Shown here: positions 1-10,347 of the stretch, piece after piece
Layout: each line of letters opens with the position of its first letter
How positions within the stretch are numbered: the first letter of the stretch is position 1
DNA from: a virus
Taxonomy: Duplodnaviria > Caudoviricetes
IMG/VR virus record: IMGVR_UViG_3300028591_000010
Span: 42,374 to 106,373 of that record
Length of the DNA stretch: 64,000 nucleotides
Reading direction: 5' to 3' (one strand)
The notes under the pieces: model-generated
The model's database searches: none
The model's input: only the letters and a program-made list of their open reading frames with translations
What the model was told of the DNA's origin: nothing
Translations under genes and position numbers: made by a program

Positions 1-714
1 TTTAGAGAAGCAAATCAAATGCTCTTACATAAACCACGTACCGCTAAATTATCAGAAGTAGAAAAATATGCTTGGAAAGATACATTAATATTTATAGGAA
101 TGCTTTCTATGATGATGATAGGGTGGACATTTATCCATGATGATGCAAGAGAAGTACCTAAACCTACTACAAGAGAAGAAGCTGGACCAGCATCAATGTT
201 AAATCCTGTAGATTATTATGAGTATATACGCGACATTTATATTCCAAATCAATATTGGAAGTTAGCAACTGACGATATATATTTCAGAATAGTGGAAGCT
301 AAAATATCAAGTGTAAACGTTCAACAGGTATTAGATATTGTGAACGCTCTTACAGCGTTGAAAAGCGGTTTCGATAATCAATTTGCTCTAATATTAAATG
401 ACGACGATGATTCTGAAGGTATATTAAAACAAGGAGGATATAAATTCTATACAAAAGGAGAAAAAGCTTTATACAAAGCAGTTGGTCCTGTGAATAATTT
501 ACATACCTTCTTGACATATTACGGTGCTACAGGTAACCTACGTTGGTATACAAATAAGTTCGGTAAAGTGTATAGAGCTTTTGGTTACGACTTTAAAGCA
601 AAAGACAAAGCTGCAGATAAGAAAAAATCAGCAGTAAATGAAGGATTCTCTGGAGGCGACTTCAGTGAAGGTGGATTTGAAGGCGGCGGATTTTCTGGAG
701 GAGACTTCTTCTGA
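1..714 (+). CDS. 3' end of a large late gene, open past the window edge; possibly a virion cargo/RNA-polymerase-associated giant protein
   Basis: Frame is open from base 1 (TTT AGA GAA GCA AAT CAA ATG...) to TGA at 712-714. It has one hydrophobic segment and a C-terminal FSGGDF/GGF repeat, and converges on the replication block as the giant cargo genes do in crAss-like genomes. Product is inferred from position only. Confidence 0.55.
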   Translation, partial: FREANQMLLHKPRTAKLSEVEKYAWKDTLIFIGMLSMMMIGWTFIHDDAREVPKPTTREEAGPASMLNPVDYYEYIRDIYIPNQYWKLATDDIYFRIVEAKISSVNVQQVLDIVNALTALKSGFDNQFALILNDDDDSEGILKQGGYKFYTKGEKALYKAVGPVNNLHTFLTYYGATGNLRWYTNKFGKVYRAFGYDFKAKDKAADKKKSAVNEGFSGGDFSEGGFEGGGFSGGDFF

Positions 715-760
715 TTTTCAAAAAGCCTATAAAACTCTCATTATATATTTCCAATAAACG

Positions 761-798
761 AAAAGGGAACAACATCTTATGATGCTGCTCCCTTTTTT
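761..798. terminator. Probable bidirectional intrinsic terminator between convergent late and replication operons
   Basis: AAAAGGGAACAACATC-TTAT-GATGCTGCTCCCTTTTTT. The 16-bp stem is complete with G-U pairs on the minus strand, and A/T tracts flank both sides. Confidence 0.75.
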
Positions 799-1268
799 GG
801 TATAGTTAAACCATCTTCTCCATAACTATCTGGATAATAATCTTGTAATGGCATATCGTGGGAATACTGCGTCACTATTGACGAGTCTCCCACTAACTTA
901 TCTATAAGGTCCTTAGGAAAATTCCAGAACTGCAAAACTGAAATCTTCTGTTCTCCTGTAAGATGTACAATGCCATTTTGTTTTGCTATACCTGGTTTTA
1001 TAGTAAACACATAAACATAATATGGAACTCCTTTTACAAGTTTAACATATTTACGTTTAAGTGAACGTGAAGAATCTAAATGAATCGCTCTATTTGTAAC
1101 ATGATCATTTCGTATTCTATCATCGTATACCAGATATAACTCCATATCTCCAGTAGGTTTATCTGGATCAAAGGTATAACTATCTATGAATCCTGCAGCG
1201 GCAGTGAAGTCAATCGAATTAACTCCACCGTCGATGAAAGGAATTGTTAATTTTTCAAATGTACTCAT
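777..1268 (-). CDS. Hypothetical protein, last gene of the replication operon
   Basis: Intact 163-aa ORF; ATGA overlap with the upstream gene. Confidence 0.75.
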   Translation of the reverse strand: MSTFEKLTIPFIDGGVNSIDFTAAAGFIDSYTFDPDKPTGDMELYLVYDDRIRNDHVTNRAIHLDSSRSLKRKYVKLVKGVPYYVYVFTIKPGIAKQNGIVHLTGEQKISVLQFWNFPKDLIDKLVGDSSIVTQYSHDMPLQDYYPDSYGEDGLTIPKKGAAS

Positions 1269-2293
1269 AGGTTCAATGACTCTGAGCCATCGCCTTCATA
1301 ATATTCTCTACTATGCTCCCACTTGCCTGTAGACTGATGCCATGCTATTTCATCTAGAACATCGTGTATGATTGCTATTCTAGAATTAACAGTATATTCA
1401 TCAATACAAAACACACGAATCTCATAACTACCTGTAGTATCTATACCGATAATGTAGAATTCAAAGTCCCATGTTAATGGGTCTTCTCCACATTCATTTT
1501 TTAGATACCATAAAACAGCGTTTTTATAATAACACAACTGTCTTAGATAGTCATACATCTCTATACTTTCCTCAAAGTGCCACAGTTTTGCTGTAGTCTT
1601 TAAGTCGTATATAATAGCTTTCTTATTCTTGAAATCAAGAGTAAGACCGTCTAACAGAGATTTACATTGTACGCCTCTGCATTCCCAGTTTATATGAAAT
1701 TCGTGACTGTAAGTAAATCTTGCCCCTTCGTGATACGAAACCTTTACGTCGAACGAATCTTCAAATCCAAGTTCCGTGTCAAATGGCCAGATTATCTTAC
1801 GAGCAAGCTTATGAGATTGAATGTTATGCTTGATTTTTTCAAGCATTTTAACATCCCAAGGACTAATCATAATCCTTCCATCATTTTCTTTCAAGAAGTC
1901 TATATAATCCTTCAACGTAGAGGCTATTTTAAGGCCTTCTGACAGCATTTTGTCTTCTGACTTTCCTGCTGTACTATATGCTTCTTTATAAGCGCTTAGA
2001 ATGGCTCTATTTGGCTCTATTTCTAGTGAAGATGCTAAAGCCTGACAGAACTTCTCCTGCTGTGCAGAATTAGGTCTACTTTTGTCCCAGACTACATAGT
2101 CTTTTTGGAACTCTTCTGGCTGTAACAGATATTCGTGAATCATAGTTCCACGCTCCAACACAGGATTCTTTTCTTCTGGTGGAGGATCTGTTAGCATCTT
2201 ATGTAAAAAGGCTGGTCCCTTCTGTAGAAACCAGCCTATGTTCGAATTTGAGATCCTCGAAAGGTCCTCGTAATATGGAATACTTATATCCAT
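1265..2293 (-). CDS. PD-(D/E)XK exonuclease (RecE/exonuclease VIII, DUF3799-like)
   Basis: ISNS, GTMIHEYLL, CKSLLD...IYDLKTT and YLRQLCYY motifs. Confidence 0.85.
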   Translation of the reverse strand: MDISIPYYEDLSRISNSNIGWFLQKGPAFLHKMLTDPPPEEKNPVLERGTMIHEYLLQPEEFQKDYVVWDKSRPNSAQQEKFCQALASSLEIEPNRAILSAYKEAYSTAGKSEDKMLSEGLKIASTLKDYIDFLKENDGRIMISPWDVKMLEKIKHNIQSHKLARKIIWPFDTELGFEDSFDVKVSYHEGARFTYSHEFHINWECRGVQCKSLLDGLTLDFKNKKAIIYDLKTTAKLWHFEESIEMYDYLRQLCYYKNAVLWYLKNECGEDPLTWDFEFYIIGIDTTGSYEIRVFCIDEYTVNSRIAIIHDVLDEIAWHQSTGKWEHSREYYEGDGSESLNL

Positions 2294-3075
2294 TATTTCT
2301 TAGCAATGTTAAGGAACTCCATGATTTCATCAAACGAATCGTCAGGATTGTTCTTCAACTCCTCACCGAAGATTATGACATTATCGTGAGACACAGTCGC
2401 AACGTTACTACAGAAGTATTCTGCAGCAGCATCAGACTTATCCTTGTTGTTGATTATATCATTCAATATACCAGCAACAGTCTCCTTAGTAAGTCCCTTA
2501 AAGGTCTTCTTATAACGAATACGAGAACATCTATCGTTCAAGTACTCATCGATTTCCTTCTCGTTGTTACAAGTACATATTACAAGCTTCTTGCAAGTAG
2601 GCTTAACACCATCTAAGAAACCCAACAGATATCGTGTATTCCAATATTTGTCGATTTCATCAAATATAACACATACGTCAGTGTTCACATTAGCGAAGAA
2701 TCCTTCTATATCATCTGCAAATACATTCTTATCTATTACAATAATAGGCAATCCAGATTCTACAGCTATCTTCTTAGCCATCAAAGTCTTACCACTACCT
2801 TTCATACCACTCAACAAGACACCCGTAGTCATCTTATCGGTGTTATTAAAAGTATTAATAGACTTAGTAATGAATTTATTATCCTTATCTGTCAGATAAT
2901 AAGTCTTCGGAAATTCGAAATCCTTATCCTCTGAAAGATAATCTAAACCTTCTCCTTTATCGTGAAGCAGATTATAAACTTTGCCATTTTGAAGAGTGCA
3001 ATCAAGACCCTCAGGCTTTGGGATTATATGACCATTGTGCTGAATAAAATCACTTGTTTTCTTTATCTTTTCCAT
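2293..3075 (-). CDS. AAA-family ATPase
   Basis: Walker A GMKGSGKT, Walker B VIFDEIDK, sensor TCNN and DRCSRI arginine finger. Confidence 0.85.
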   Translation of the reverse strand: MEKIKKTSDFIQHNGHIIPKPEGLDCTLQNGKVYNLLHDKGEGLDYLSEDKDFEFPKTYYLTDKDNKFITKSINTFNNTDKMTTGVLLSGMKGSGKTLMAKKIAVESGLPIIVIDKNVFADDIEGFFANVNTDVCVIFDEIDKYWNTRYLLGFLDGVKPTCKKLVICTCNNEKEIDEYLNDRCSRIRYKKTFKGLTKETVAGILNDIINNKDKSDAAAEYFCSNVATVSHDNVIIFGEELKNNPDDSFDEIMEFLNIAKK

Positions 3076-3457
3076 TTTGTCTCTGACTTAAAAGTTCTTG
3101 GATCATTTCATCTACCTGTTTATGATTTCTCACCAGATAGCAGCGCATCTTGGAATGATGACGCTTTAAATAATATTTGAAGAGTTTCCATCTTAAAGGG
3201 AACGAATCTCCCATAAGACCTTTACATTCTACTATAAATCCACGACCTACAAAGTCTGGTAGATATGTAATAGCACGTATTTTCTCTCCTAAAAACTCGA
3301 ACTTAGGTAACAGAGTAAAATGCTTTGGCTCATATTTCACAGGTATTCCTGCTTTCATAAAAGCTTCATAAGTATAGAGTTCGAGTTTACTCCTAAAATG
3401 GATTCCATACTTATCGACCGCTGTCGCATTTTTTACTCTGCTTTTAGAGGATGTCAT
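3050..3457 (-). CDS. Endonuclease/Holliday-junction resolvase (DUF1064, T7 endonuclease I-like)
   Basis: FRSKLE, YEP, TYLPDF and VECKG motifs. Confidence 0.8.
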   Translation of the reverse strand: MTSSKSRVKNATAVDKYGIHFRSKLELYTYEAFMKAGIPVKYEPKHFTLLPKFEFLGEKIRAITYLPDFVGRGFIVECKGLMGDSFPLRWKLFKYYLKRHHSKMRCYLVRNHKQVDEMIQELLSQRQNGKDKENK

Positions 3458-3701
3458 GAACAGCGTCTTTTACGCCATCCTTATCGAATCGAATAGCGGA
3501 TACAATCTTACCGTCCTTACGGAGTGCAAGATAACTATTGTCTTCCTTTTCAAACTTCTTATCGATAGCAATCACCTCATAACCGTCTGACATCTGTTTA
3601 ATGATGTAAGGCTGTTTGAGATATCTGTATGCTGCATATGCGGCTCCTGCACCAGTACATATCATACCAAGCAGAAAACCGAGGATCAAAGTCTCAATCA
3701 T
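3444..3701 (-). CDS. Small membrane-anchored hypothetical protein
   Basis: N-terminal hydrophobic helix; overlaps both neighbours in the operon. Confidence 0.65.
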   Translation of the reverse strand: MIETLILGFLLGMICTGAGAAYAAYRYLKQPYIIKQMSDGYEVIAIDKKFEKEDNSYLALRKDGKIVSAIRFDKDGVKDAVHDIL

Positions 3702-4668
3702 ATCGCTTTACTGTATTTGTAAACCAAGTTTTCACTTGGTCATAGTTATTATTCTTTACTGCGTCTGAAATATCTTTCGATTTAAATTTCTTGTGGACAA
3801 ATATAGCGTCAAATTTATACTGTTTACTGTAATCACGAGCTTTCAACATTCCTGTTGCATCTCGATCATACAATATAACAATATGTTTCCATTTACGTCG
3901 TAATGACTTAATTATATCTTCTGGTATAAAGGTAGTTTCACTTGATGCAGCTATAGCATTAAATCCCATCTCATACAAACACATCACGTCTTTCAACGAT
4001 TTTGTGATTATAAGCAGATTTCCCCCCTCATAGGGCAATTCGGCTAATCCCTGAACGTGCCGATTTGTCAGATTGGTACGCCATTTAGTATACTTTGAGG
4101 CTAAAGGACGATAAATCTTAAACTTATCATAAACCTTATATGCATACATAGGACTATCTTCTTTGTAGGTTCCTCTGACGACTCTATTACATAAGAAGTA
4201 TTTAATGCTAAATACATTGAATCGCTTTAATGTATCAATTGATATATGAAATTGCTTCCAATATCTCTTGTCTGCTTCAGTAAACGGTTGTCGAACTATT
4301 CCGATATCAGTATCTTCTCTAGGAGTATATGATCGCGTCACTGTTGCCGCACTGCTGGTTGGATTAGATCGCCGTACGATCCTCAGCAATTCTTTCTCTA
4401 GTTCTTCTCTCGTTTGTATTCCTTTATAGAGCTTCATAAACTTGAGAGCATTACCTGCTACTCCAGTTCCATGATCTTTGAAGAATAATGTACCTTCTTT
4501 ATTTGGAAATATACAAAAAGAGGGCATCTTATCATCACTTCGTAAAGGACTATTCATTAACTTACCAGGCTTAAATGGGCCTAAATAATATGAATAGATT
4601 GTATAGTCATCCACTTTTGACAACAAGTCTCTAAGACTCATTGTGATTGCTGTTTTTGTGCTATACAT
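3694..4668 (-). CDS. DNA primase (crAss-type, TOPRIM)
   Basis: SPLRSDDKMPSF...FKDHG N-terminal domain; ITKSLKDVM, LYDRDATG and KDISD TOPRIM motifs. Confidence 0.85.
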   Translation of the reverse strand: MYSTKTAITMSLRDLLSKVDDYTIYSYYLGPFKPGKLMNSPLRSDDKMPSFCIFPNKEGTLFFKDHGTGVAGNALKFMKLYKGIQTREELEKELLRIVRRSNPTSSAATVTRSYTPREDTDIGIVRQPFTEADKRYWKQFHISIDTLKRFNVFSIKYFLCNRVVRGTYKEDSPMYAYKVYDKFKIYRPLASKYTKWRTNLTNRHVQGLAELPYEGGNLLIITKSLKDVMCLYEMGFNAIAASSETTFIPEDIIKSLRRKWKHIVILYDRDATGMLKARDYSKQYKFDAIFVHKKFKSKDISDAVKNNNYDQVKTWFTNTVKRYD

Positions 4669-4691
4669 GGCTTATAAGCTCTTTTGTATTG

Positions 4692-4752
4692 TTGTGTGTA
4701 GGGATTCGAACCCTATTACGTAATTTTTCATACGCAGCCTCCAGGATCACAC
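4692..4752 (-). ncRNA. Degenerate tRNA-like element upstream of primase
   Basis: T-arm TAGGG-TTCGAAT-CCCTA, GTGTG/CACAC acceptor-like pairing and one internal hairpin; no canonical D arm. Confidence 0.55.
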
Positions 4753-5026
4753 TTCAGGTCATCTTAAACTCTTTTGTATATTCTTTGTCTTTTACACAGT
4801 TTGAATAAAACTTCCAACCCACATATCACCATGTTTATTTCTAAGAGGAGTGATATGATTTGACCTCTTCGTTAGGGGCTGACAGGATTAACCTATCAGT
4901 CCTCCACCACTGACCGTTTTCATCAACCACATATAGATATGAGGACAACTCCATCTCAATTTATAGAAATAAAGTTTATCCGTCCTATCTAAGTGGATGT
5001 ATCTTATGATTTCCTTTTCAGGTATA

Positions 5027-5623
5027 TCAAAAAGGCAGGTCGTCAGCACCTGTTGAAGTCTCAGTCACCGGAGTAGCTGCTACGCTAAGCGGATCTGCAG
5101 CAGGCTCGTTGTCTGCTACAACTGGACGCTCAAGAAGATCGTTCTTCCAGAGCTTAATCTGAGACTCTGTTACACTCATAGGTTCAACGAATGCACCAAG
5201 AGAACTTACTTTCGTAAATCCTTTCTTGTCATAAACCACCTTAAGACGAAGAGGAGTAGCCAACTGAACTGTTTCCAGCTGAGTTTTAACCCAATTTATC
5301 ATTTCAATAAACGAGCTACCTTCAAACTCATTATGACTACCGTTAACAGAATCTATTACCTGCAGAATACGACCGAACTGCTGATTATCGCGCTGCTGAA
5401 GTTCTTCATCAGTCTTAATCCACATATTCTTCTCGTTCTTCCACTCAGTCATAGTTGCTGTCTGACCCTGTTCATTCTCAAAGATTATCTCCAAGAAATC
5501 ACGTCCTTGAGGTGTTTTATTTACATTAACTTCTTTTAAAGTTACATTTTCGTTGATGCCTACAGGCATATAGGAGCTTGTAAACTCCTGATTATTTGTT
5601 GTTGCTGTTTTTGTACTATACAT
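5027..5623 (-). CDS. Single-stranded DNA-binding protein (crAss-type)
   Basis: Acidic flexible tail ending GADDLPF; lies between the annealing ATPase and primase. Confidence 0.75.
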   Translation of the reverse strand: MYSTKTATTNNQEFTSSYMPVGINENVTLKEVNVNKTPQGRDFLEIIFENEQGQTATMTEWKNEKNMWIKTDEELQQRDNQQFGRILQVIDSVNGSHNEFEGSSFIEMINWVKTQLETVQLATPLRLKVVYDKKGFTKVSSLGAFVEPMSVTESQIKLWKNDLLERPVVADNEPAADPLSVAATPVTETSTGADDLPF

Positions 5624-5649
5624 AATTTCCGATATTGACTCTAAGGTTC

Positions 5650-6393
5650 TTATTCAGGTTTATAAACACGATCCCAATAGGTTGTTATAGATCCATCATC
5701 GTTTCCGGTAGCAATGACAATGTCCTTGCCCGCGATATGTCTAGCGCGAGCTTCCATGATCGTTCCATCTCCTCCGGATTTAAAACTAATGTGCGTTTCA
5801 TTATCCTTCCGATAGACGTATCCGACTGCATCAGCCATTCCGCAGACAATCTTTCCAAGTTTTCCAACGAGGTCGATTTCTTTGGCGTTGACCTCTTCGC
5901 CATCTTTATCGGTGATACTATCTTTGACATGTCCTATTAGGATAAACTCGTCACACAAATCTTTGAACATATCGATTACTTTCTTTACAGCATCGCGTAA
6001 GTACTTATAACCTGCACCTCTTGCGAGTGTTGTAACATCAGTACCTTTCCAGTTTTTACCCAGTTCAGTCTGCTGATACAATTTGCAAGCATAAGACATA
6101 CATATGTCCTCTAATCGTGTAGCATTATCTATTGTTATATGTTTATAGAAATTATGTCCTACCTCATCGTTCTTAGCTCTAATGGCTTGTGCTATCTCTC
6201 CCAGATCATTGATGGTACGTGCCTGAACAGCTAGCGCATCTATGAACTGAGATCCGCCTTCAAGGTCTATGATGAGATTATTCTCCAACTGTGCTACACA
6301 CGAAGTCTTACCAGACTTAGGAAGTCCGTATAGGATTAAATATGTAGGATTAGTAGAGACTGCAGGAACTTTTTGAGTAGGTAATGTTATCAT
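5650..6393 (-). CDS. AAA_24/Sak4-like ssDNA-annealing ATPase
   Basis: YGLPKSGKT, IIDLEGG, ITIDNAT, ILIGH and ADAVGY motifs; adjacent to SSB. Confidence 0.8.
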   Translation of the reverse strand: MITLPTQKVPAVSTNPTYLILYGLPKSGKTSCVAQLENNLIIDLEGGSQFIDALAVQARTINDLGEIAQAIRAKNDEVGHNFYKHITIDNATRLEDICMSYACKLYQQTELGKNWKGTDVTTLARGAGYKYLRDAVKKVIDMFKDLCDEFILIGHVKDSITDKDGEEVNAKEIDLVGKLGKIVCGMADAVGYVYRKDNETHISFKSGGDGTIMEARARHIAGKDIVIATGNDDGSITTYWDRVYKPE

Positions 6394-6414
6394 ATTGACT
6401 TAAAGTTCTAATAA

Positions 6415-6909
6415 TTAAAGGATGTTAATATTAATGTTCTTAGCACCCTTAATATAAATGTCGATGATAGTCTTCTTCTTGTTCTCAGCAAGAGAATTCA
6501 GGAAGGAAATATTACCGAAGTCCTCGTAATCGAAGAAATCGTAACCAATCTGAATATTATTCTCGTAGAAAACAATAGGAGTACCATCTGACAGAGTATA
6601 ACACTTACCGATAATGTACGGGAGCTTATACTTCTTGGTATACAACTTATAATTGGTAAGGAACTTACCAGCATCATACAACTTGGGACCGCCCGTCAGG
6701 ATAATATCACCTGAAGTTTTGCTGAGGAAATAATCAGCGTCCTCATTCTTTGTACTCAGATTCTTGAACAAATACTGGTTCTTGTCGATTATATCAGTAA
6801 GAATGATATCATCGAGAATCTTAGAATAGTTTGTACTGCTGGGATTAGCCAGAAAGGAATAATTCTTATTGTTGTTCTTAGTCTTACCAAAAGTGAAAGT
6901 CTTTGTCAT
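6415..6909 (-). CDS. Hypothetical protein
   Basis: Intact 164-aa ORF in the operon. Confidence 0.7.
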   Translation of the reverse strand: MTKTFTFGKTKNNNKNYSFLANPSSTNYSKILDDIILTDIIDKNQYLFKNLSTKNEDADYFLSKTSGDIILTGGPKLYDAGKFLTNYKLYTKKYKLPYIIGKCYTLSDGTPIVFYENNIQIGYDFFDYEDFGNISFLNSLAENKKKTIIDIYIKGAKNININIL

Positions 6910-6954
6910 AATTCAGCCTAAATTTAAAAGTTAATACTTGTCATCCACAACGTA

Positions 6955-7878
6955 TTAGCTTTCAATCAGATTATTAAACATAAGGTCATTCTCGAATTCA
7001 AGTATACAAGGTTTACCTGCATCTCTGTTTTTCAACATATGCATGTAGACTTTGTTTTGTGTAGGTAGATGATTCGGACCATATTCTTGTATGTTCAAAA
7101 TCTCTGGTCTATGCATTACGAGCACATAATCACTCGCTTGAAACATTGCATCGGATGACGATAAATCGCTGCGCATTGGGTAATGACTCAGCGGATTGTT
7201 TATCCTTTCTGAAGATTCAATGTTTCTATTCATCTGTGCTATTTGCACTACTGACGTTAACGGGAACTTTTTAGCTTGTATGAAAACACGCTCAAGTTCT
7301 GCTGTTGTCTCTATTACAGAACCAACTTGTTTCGTCAGCAGAGTATGGTCATACACTATTAAGAAGTGCTTGCCCGTATCTTTCACATAGGTGAAATAGA
7401 ATTCATTTATAATACGTCTTACATCTTCAGGAGTACCTGGATTATCTACAAAATAGATAGGATATTCCTTTAGCTGATTAGATACTCTAATGACTTCCTT
7501 AAAGGTATTGTCATCGAGGTCCGTCTCCGAACTATACAAGGTAGAAGTCGTTTTACGAAGTTTATTCGAAAGCGTTCTTCCAACTTGCCTAAATCCAACC
7601 ATCTCTAATGAGAATGATAAGATGATTATATCTTCATTAGGATTCAAATCAATCACATCAGTAGTTAGCTCATTAACAAACGAGCTCTTACCGGAACCAG
7701 AGATACCAGCTATGGTATAAACGGTATTTGGTTCAATACCTCCCATACACTGCTTATTAAACTTAGACCACCTAGTTTTCAATGAAACAATATTATGTTC
7801 CCTTCTACCTCTGATATAGTTGATAGCTTCTTGAGCTACAACACTCATTGGACGTACTTTAGATGATATCTGTTCCAT
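6955..7878 (-). CDS. DnaB-like (SF4) replicative helicase, C-terminal-domain type
   Basis: AGISGSGKS, FSLEM, YDH, AQMNR, SDLSSSDAMFQASD and KNRD motifs. Confidence 0.9.
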   Translation of the reverse strand: MEQISSKVRPMSVVAQEAINYIRGRREHNIVSLKTRWSKFNKQCMGGIEPNTVYTIAGISGSGKSSFVNELTTDVIDLNPNEDIIILSFSLEMVGFRQVGRTLSNKLRKTTSTLYSSETDLDDNTFKEVIRVSNQLKEYPIYFVDNPGTPEDVRRIINEFYFTYVKDTGKHFLIVYDHTLLTKQVGSVIETTAELERVFIQAKKFPLTSVVQIAQMNRNIESSERINNPLSHYPMRSDLSSSDAMFQASDYVLVMHRPEILNIQEYGPNHLPTQNKVYMHMLKNRDAGKPCILEFENDLMFNNLIES

Positions 7879-8425
7879 AAGAATTTACTGCTATTTTGTT
7901 CGTATCTTCCATTTCTTCCTCGATGGCCTCCCATTGGCTTCTAGTGAGCCAATTCCACATAGTCATCATATAACTAAGGGAGCCTTCTCTCATGCGCTTA
8001 GACACCTCGTAGTCGAGGCATTTAATTATATGCTCTGCCATAGCGGAGCTTTTACCACATTTAGTATTGAAGAAATGCCGACATTTATTTACATTGGCAC
8101 GAAGATAGCTTTTAGTGCCATCTTTACGCATCACATATACTGGATACATATCGTAAAACAAGTCGAAATAGCTCTTATTAGGAGTTATTGCTTTATTCAA
8201 CTTGTCTGTTGGTTGATATGTCACAGAGTCTCCTCTCTCTATCGACTCGACTAATAAATTATCGATTAAGTATGATATCTCGTCGTCGCTGATTAGGCTG
8301 ACAATCTTGCGGACGTCTTGATATGATGGTTGATTCTTATCCAATACCATACTTAAGAACAGTAATTGATTTGAGTTTAGCTCTGGAAATTCATCCAAGA
8401 GCTTAGTGTTTACTTCAATAATCAT
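7859..8425 (-). CDS. Putative replication initiator/helicase-loader-like protein
   Basis: FDLFYDMYP and WL..QWE motifs resemble phage replisome organisers; lies between polymerase and helicase. Confidence 0.5.
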   Translation of the reverse strand: MIIEVNTKLLDEFPELNSNQLLFLSMVLDKNQPSYQDVRKIVSLISDDEISYLIDNLLVESIERGDSVTYQPTDKLNKAITPNKSYFDLFYDMYPVYVMRKDGTKSYLRANVNKCRHFFNTKCGKSSAMAEHIIKCLDYEVSKRMREGSLSYMMTMWNWLTRSQWEAIEEEMEDTNKIAVNSYGTDII

Positions 8426-8454
8426 ACTGTTGACTCGGGGTTCTAAGTTGGTTA

Positions 8455-10320
8455 CTAAAATAATGATAGCTGTTGTTCAGTGAAGTCCGCTATCACTTTT
8501 TTGGCTTCACTGATATAGTACCGATAGTTAATCTTTCGATCTTCTATCTTGCGATCATCAAACTTATTCAGGATTGTTACTCCTGATTTTGTTAACATAT
8601 TTGTTCGGTCTCTATCGTCTTCAGGATTATCCTTGAAGAGATATGCTCCGTTTGTACTTGCGTAAAATCTATTGATACGTTGTACAGGTTTATCACCATG
8701 TATAACTTTAAACTTCTTGTCTACTGCTTGTGACATCAAGAAATCACGGATTTCTCTATCCTTCTCAATAGTTTCTGTCACTGGAATATGATGAACAAAG
8801 TAATTTATAACTGCCTTAGGTATGACTACAGGTGCTAGTCCCTTACCTAATTTGTTTTTAGTTATAAACATACCTTTTTCTTCTATCTCACCATTCTTCA
8901 AGACCCCAAAGTAGTCGTTGATAGCGTATTGATAGAATGCTTCGTACTCATCGGTTTCAAACATAAGCTGTGTAATCTGTTCAACCTCTGAGATGGCTTC
9001 CTGAATTCCTTCTCTAAGGCTGTTTTTAGCCCTGTAGACGACGCCATCGGTGTTGACCTGTATAATCTCACATCCGAGCTCTAAAAGCCTGTCTACGAGC
9101 ATTAAAAGGATTAGCTGACCGTTTATTCTAATCTTAAAAACATTGAACGGATCATACATCCAGCTTACCTCCTGTTGCATTTTACCTGTAGGAGAATTAA
9201 GCACGATCTTTAGAAACAAGTTCTTAATCTTTTGACCTGTACGTTTTGCTTCTACTCGCTCAGCATATAAGTCAGCGAATATATCACAAAAGATTTTTCC
9301 TAAGTGGCGAGGTCCCCATTGATATTTAATCAAGAAGGACGGATACATCGAAGTCACATCTGCGTGACCTATAAACTCGTCATCTTTAGGTAGGAATATC
9401 TGCGGTGTGTGGATGGAGTGTATACCACCCACGCCTACAGAGTATACCACGTTTGAGAGAACAAACTTCTTCTCATAGCCTTTGCGTTCTTTAGAGTATA
9501 CGACTTGTTTCTTCATATCTTCTAGAACGTCTTGTAACTTTGGATTTTTGTATTTTATATATGGCAATATGACATCCTTCAATGGAATATAATCCATTGG
9601 AGAACGCATCTCCTTTATAACATTTTTAGGAATACCTGTTCTCTTAGAATATTCTTCTAACAGAAAGGTTTCTGCCATCTTCACACTATCCATAGACAAA
9701 CAGTCTATGCCGTGTTCTTGTTCAATGAACAAACGCAATTCAATATCTGGTTTCAAACGGTTTAATAACTCTTCTGTTGAATCTACGTCGTTTATATTAT
9801 ATGCAATCATCTCATCGATGTCATCATCTTTGATAGGAGCATTAAAGTCACCATCATACTCCTGCACATTTCTATAATGCATTGTCACCTGCATAGTCTT
9901 AAGACCAACACGTAGTTTTCTACTGAATTGCATTGTGAGCAAATCCATCGATTCGAAGTAATGTGCATACTTCCATCGCTTAATCCGCTCGTATTTTTCA
10001 TCCTCCGTTTCCACTATATATTTCGATAAGTTGTAAAGAGACTGACATATCTTTAAATAAGACATATTAGACAACTTATAATAGTAATCTATTATATAGT
10101 TAATTACAACATCATCATAGTGATGATTATTATAACCACAGAACATCTTTTCAGAACTATCATAATAGAAAAAATCAACTAGACTGTCTAGCTGATTCTT
10201 TCTATTAGATATTTCGAATTTATGTATTTGTCCACTTTCAGTATCTTTACAGCAACAGTGGAATGCGTTAGGGAAGATCTCTACGTCATATACGTAGACT
10301 CGTCGATTTCGTATCCACAT
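8455..10320 (-). CDS. DNA polymerase family B with 3'-5' exonuclease
   Basis: ExoI YDVE, GYNNHHYD and YNINDV; polymerase motifs DVTSMYPS, KIVLNSPTGK and NTDG. Ends QQLSLF followed by TAG TAA. Confidence 0.93.
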   Translation of the reverse strand: MWIRNRRVYVYDVEIFPNAFHCCCKDTESGQIHKFEISNRKNQLDSLVDFFYYDSSEKMFCGYNNHHYDDVVINYIIDYYYKLSNMSYLKICQSLYNLSKYIVETEDEKYERIKRWKYAHYFESMDLLTMQFSRKLRVGLKTMQVTMHYRNVQEYDGDFNAPIKDDDIDEMIAYNINDVDSTEELLNRLKPDIELRLFIEQEHGIDCLSMDSVKMAETFLLEEYSKRTGIPKNVIKEMRSPMDYIPLKDVILPYIKYKNPKLQDVLEDMKKQVVYSKERKGYEKKFVLSNVVYSVGVGGIHSIHTPQIFLPKDDEFIGHADVTSMYPSFLIKYQWGPRHLGKIFCDIFADLYAERVEAKRTGQKIKNLFLKIVLNSPTGKMQQEVSWMYDPFNVFKIRINGQLILLMLVDRLLELGCEIIQVNTDGVVYRAKNSLREGIQEAISEVEQITQLMFETDEYEAFYQYAINDYFGVLKNGEIEEKGMFITKNKLGKGLAPVVIPKAVINYFVHHIPVTETIEKDREIRDFLMSQAVDKKFKVIHGDKPVQRINRFYASTNGAYLFKDNPEDDRDRTNMLTKSGVTILNKFDDRKIEDRKINYRYYISEAKKVIADFTEQQLSLF

Positions 10321-10347
10321 GACTCAAAGGTTCTTTAGTTTATACTA

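Noticed and set aside
1278-1291. Additional copy of the replication-gene motif before ORF 777..1268
   Set aside because: Only the 3' half (AGAGTC) matches, so it was not counted.
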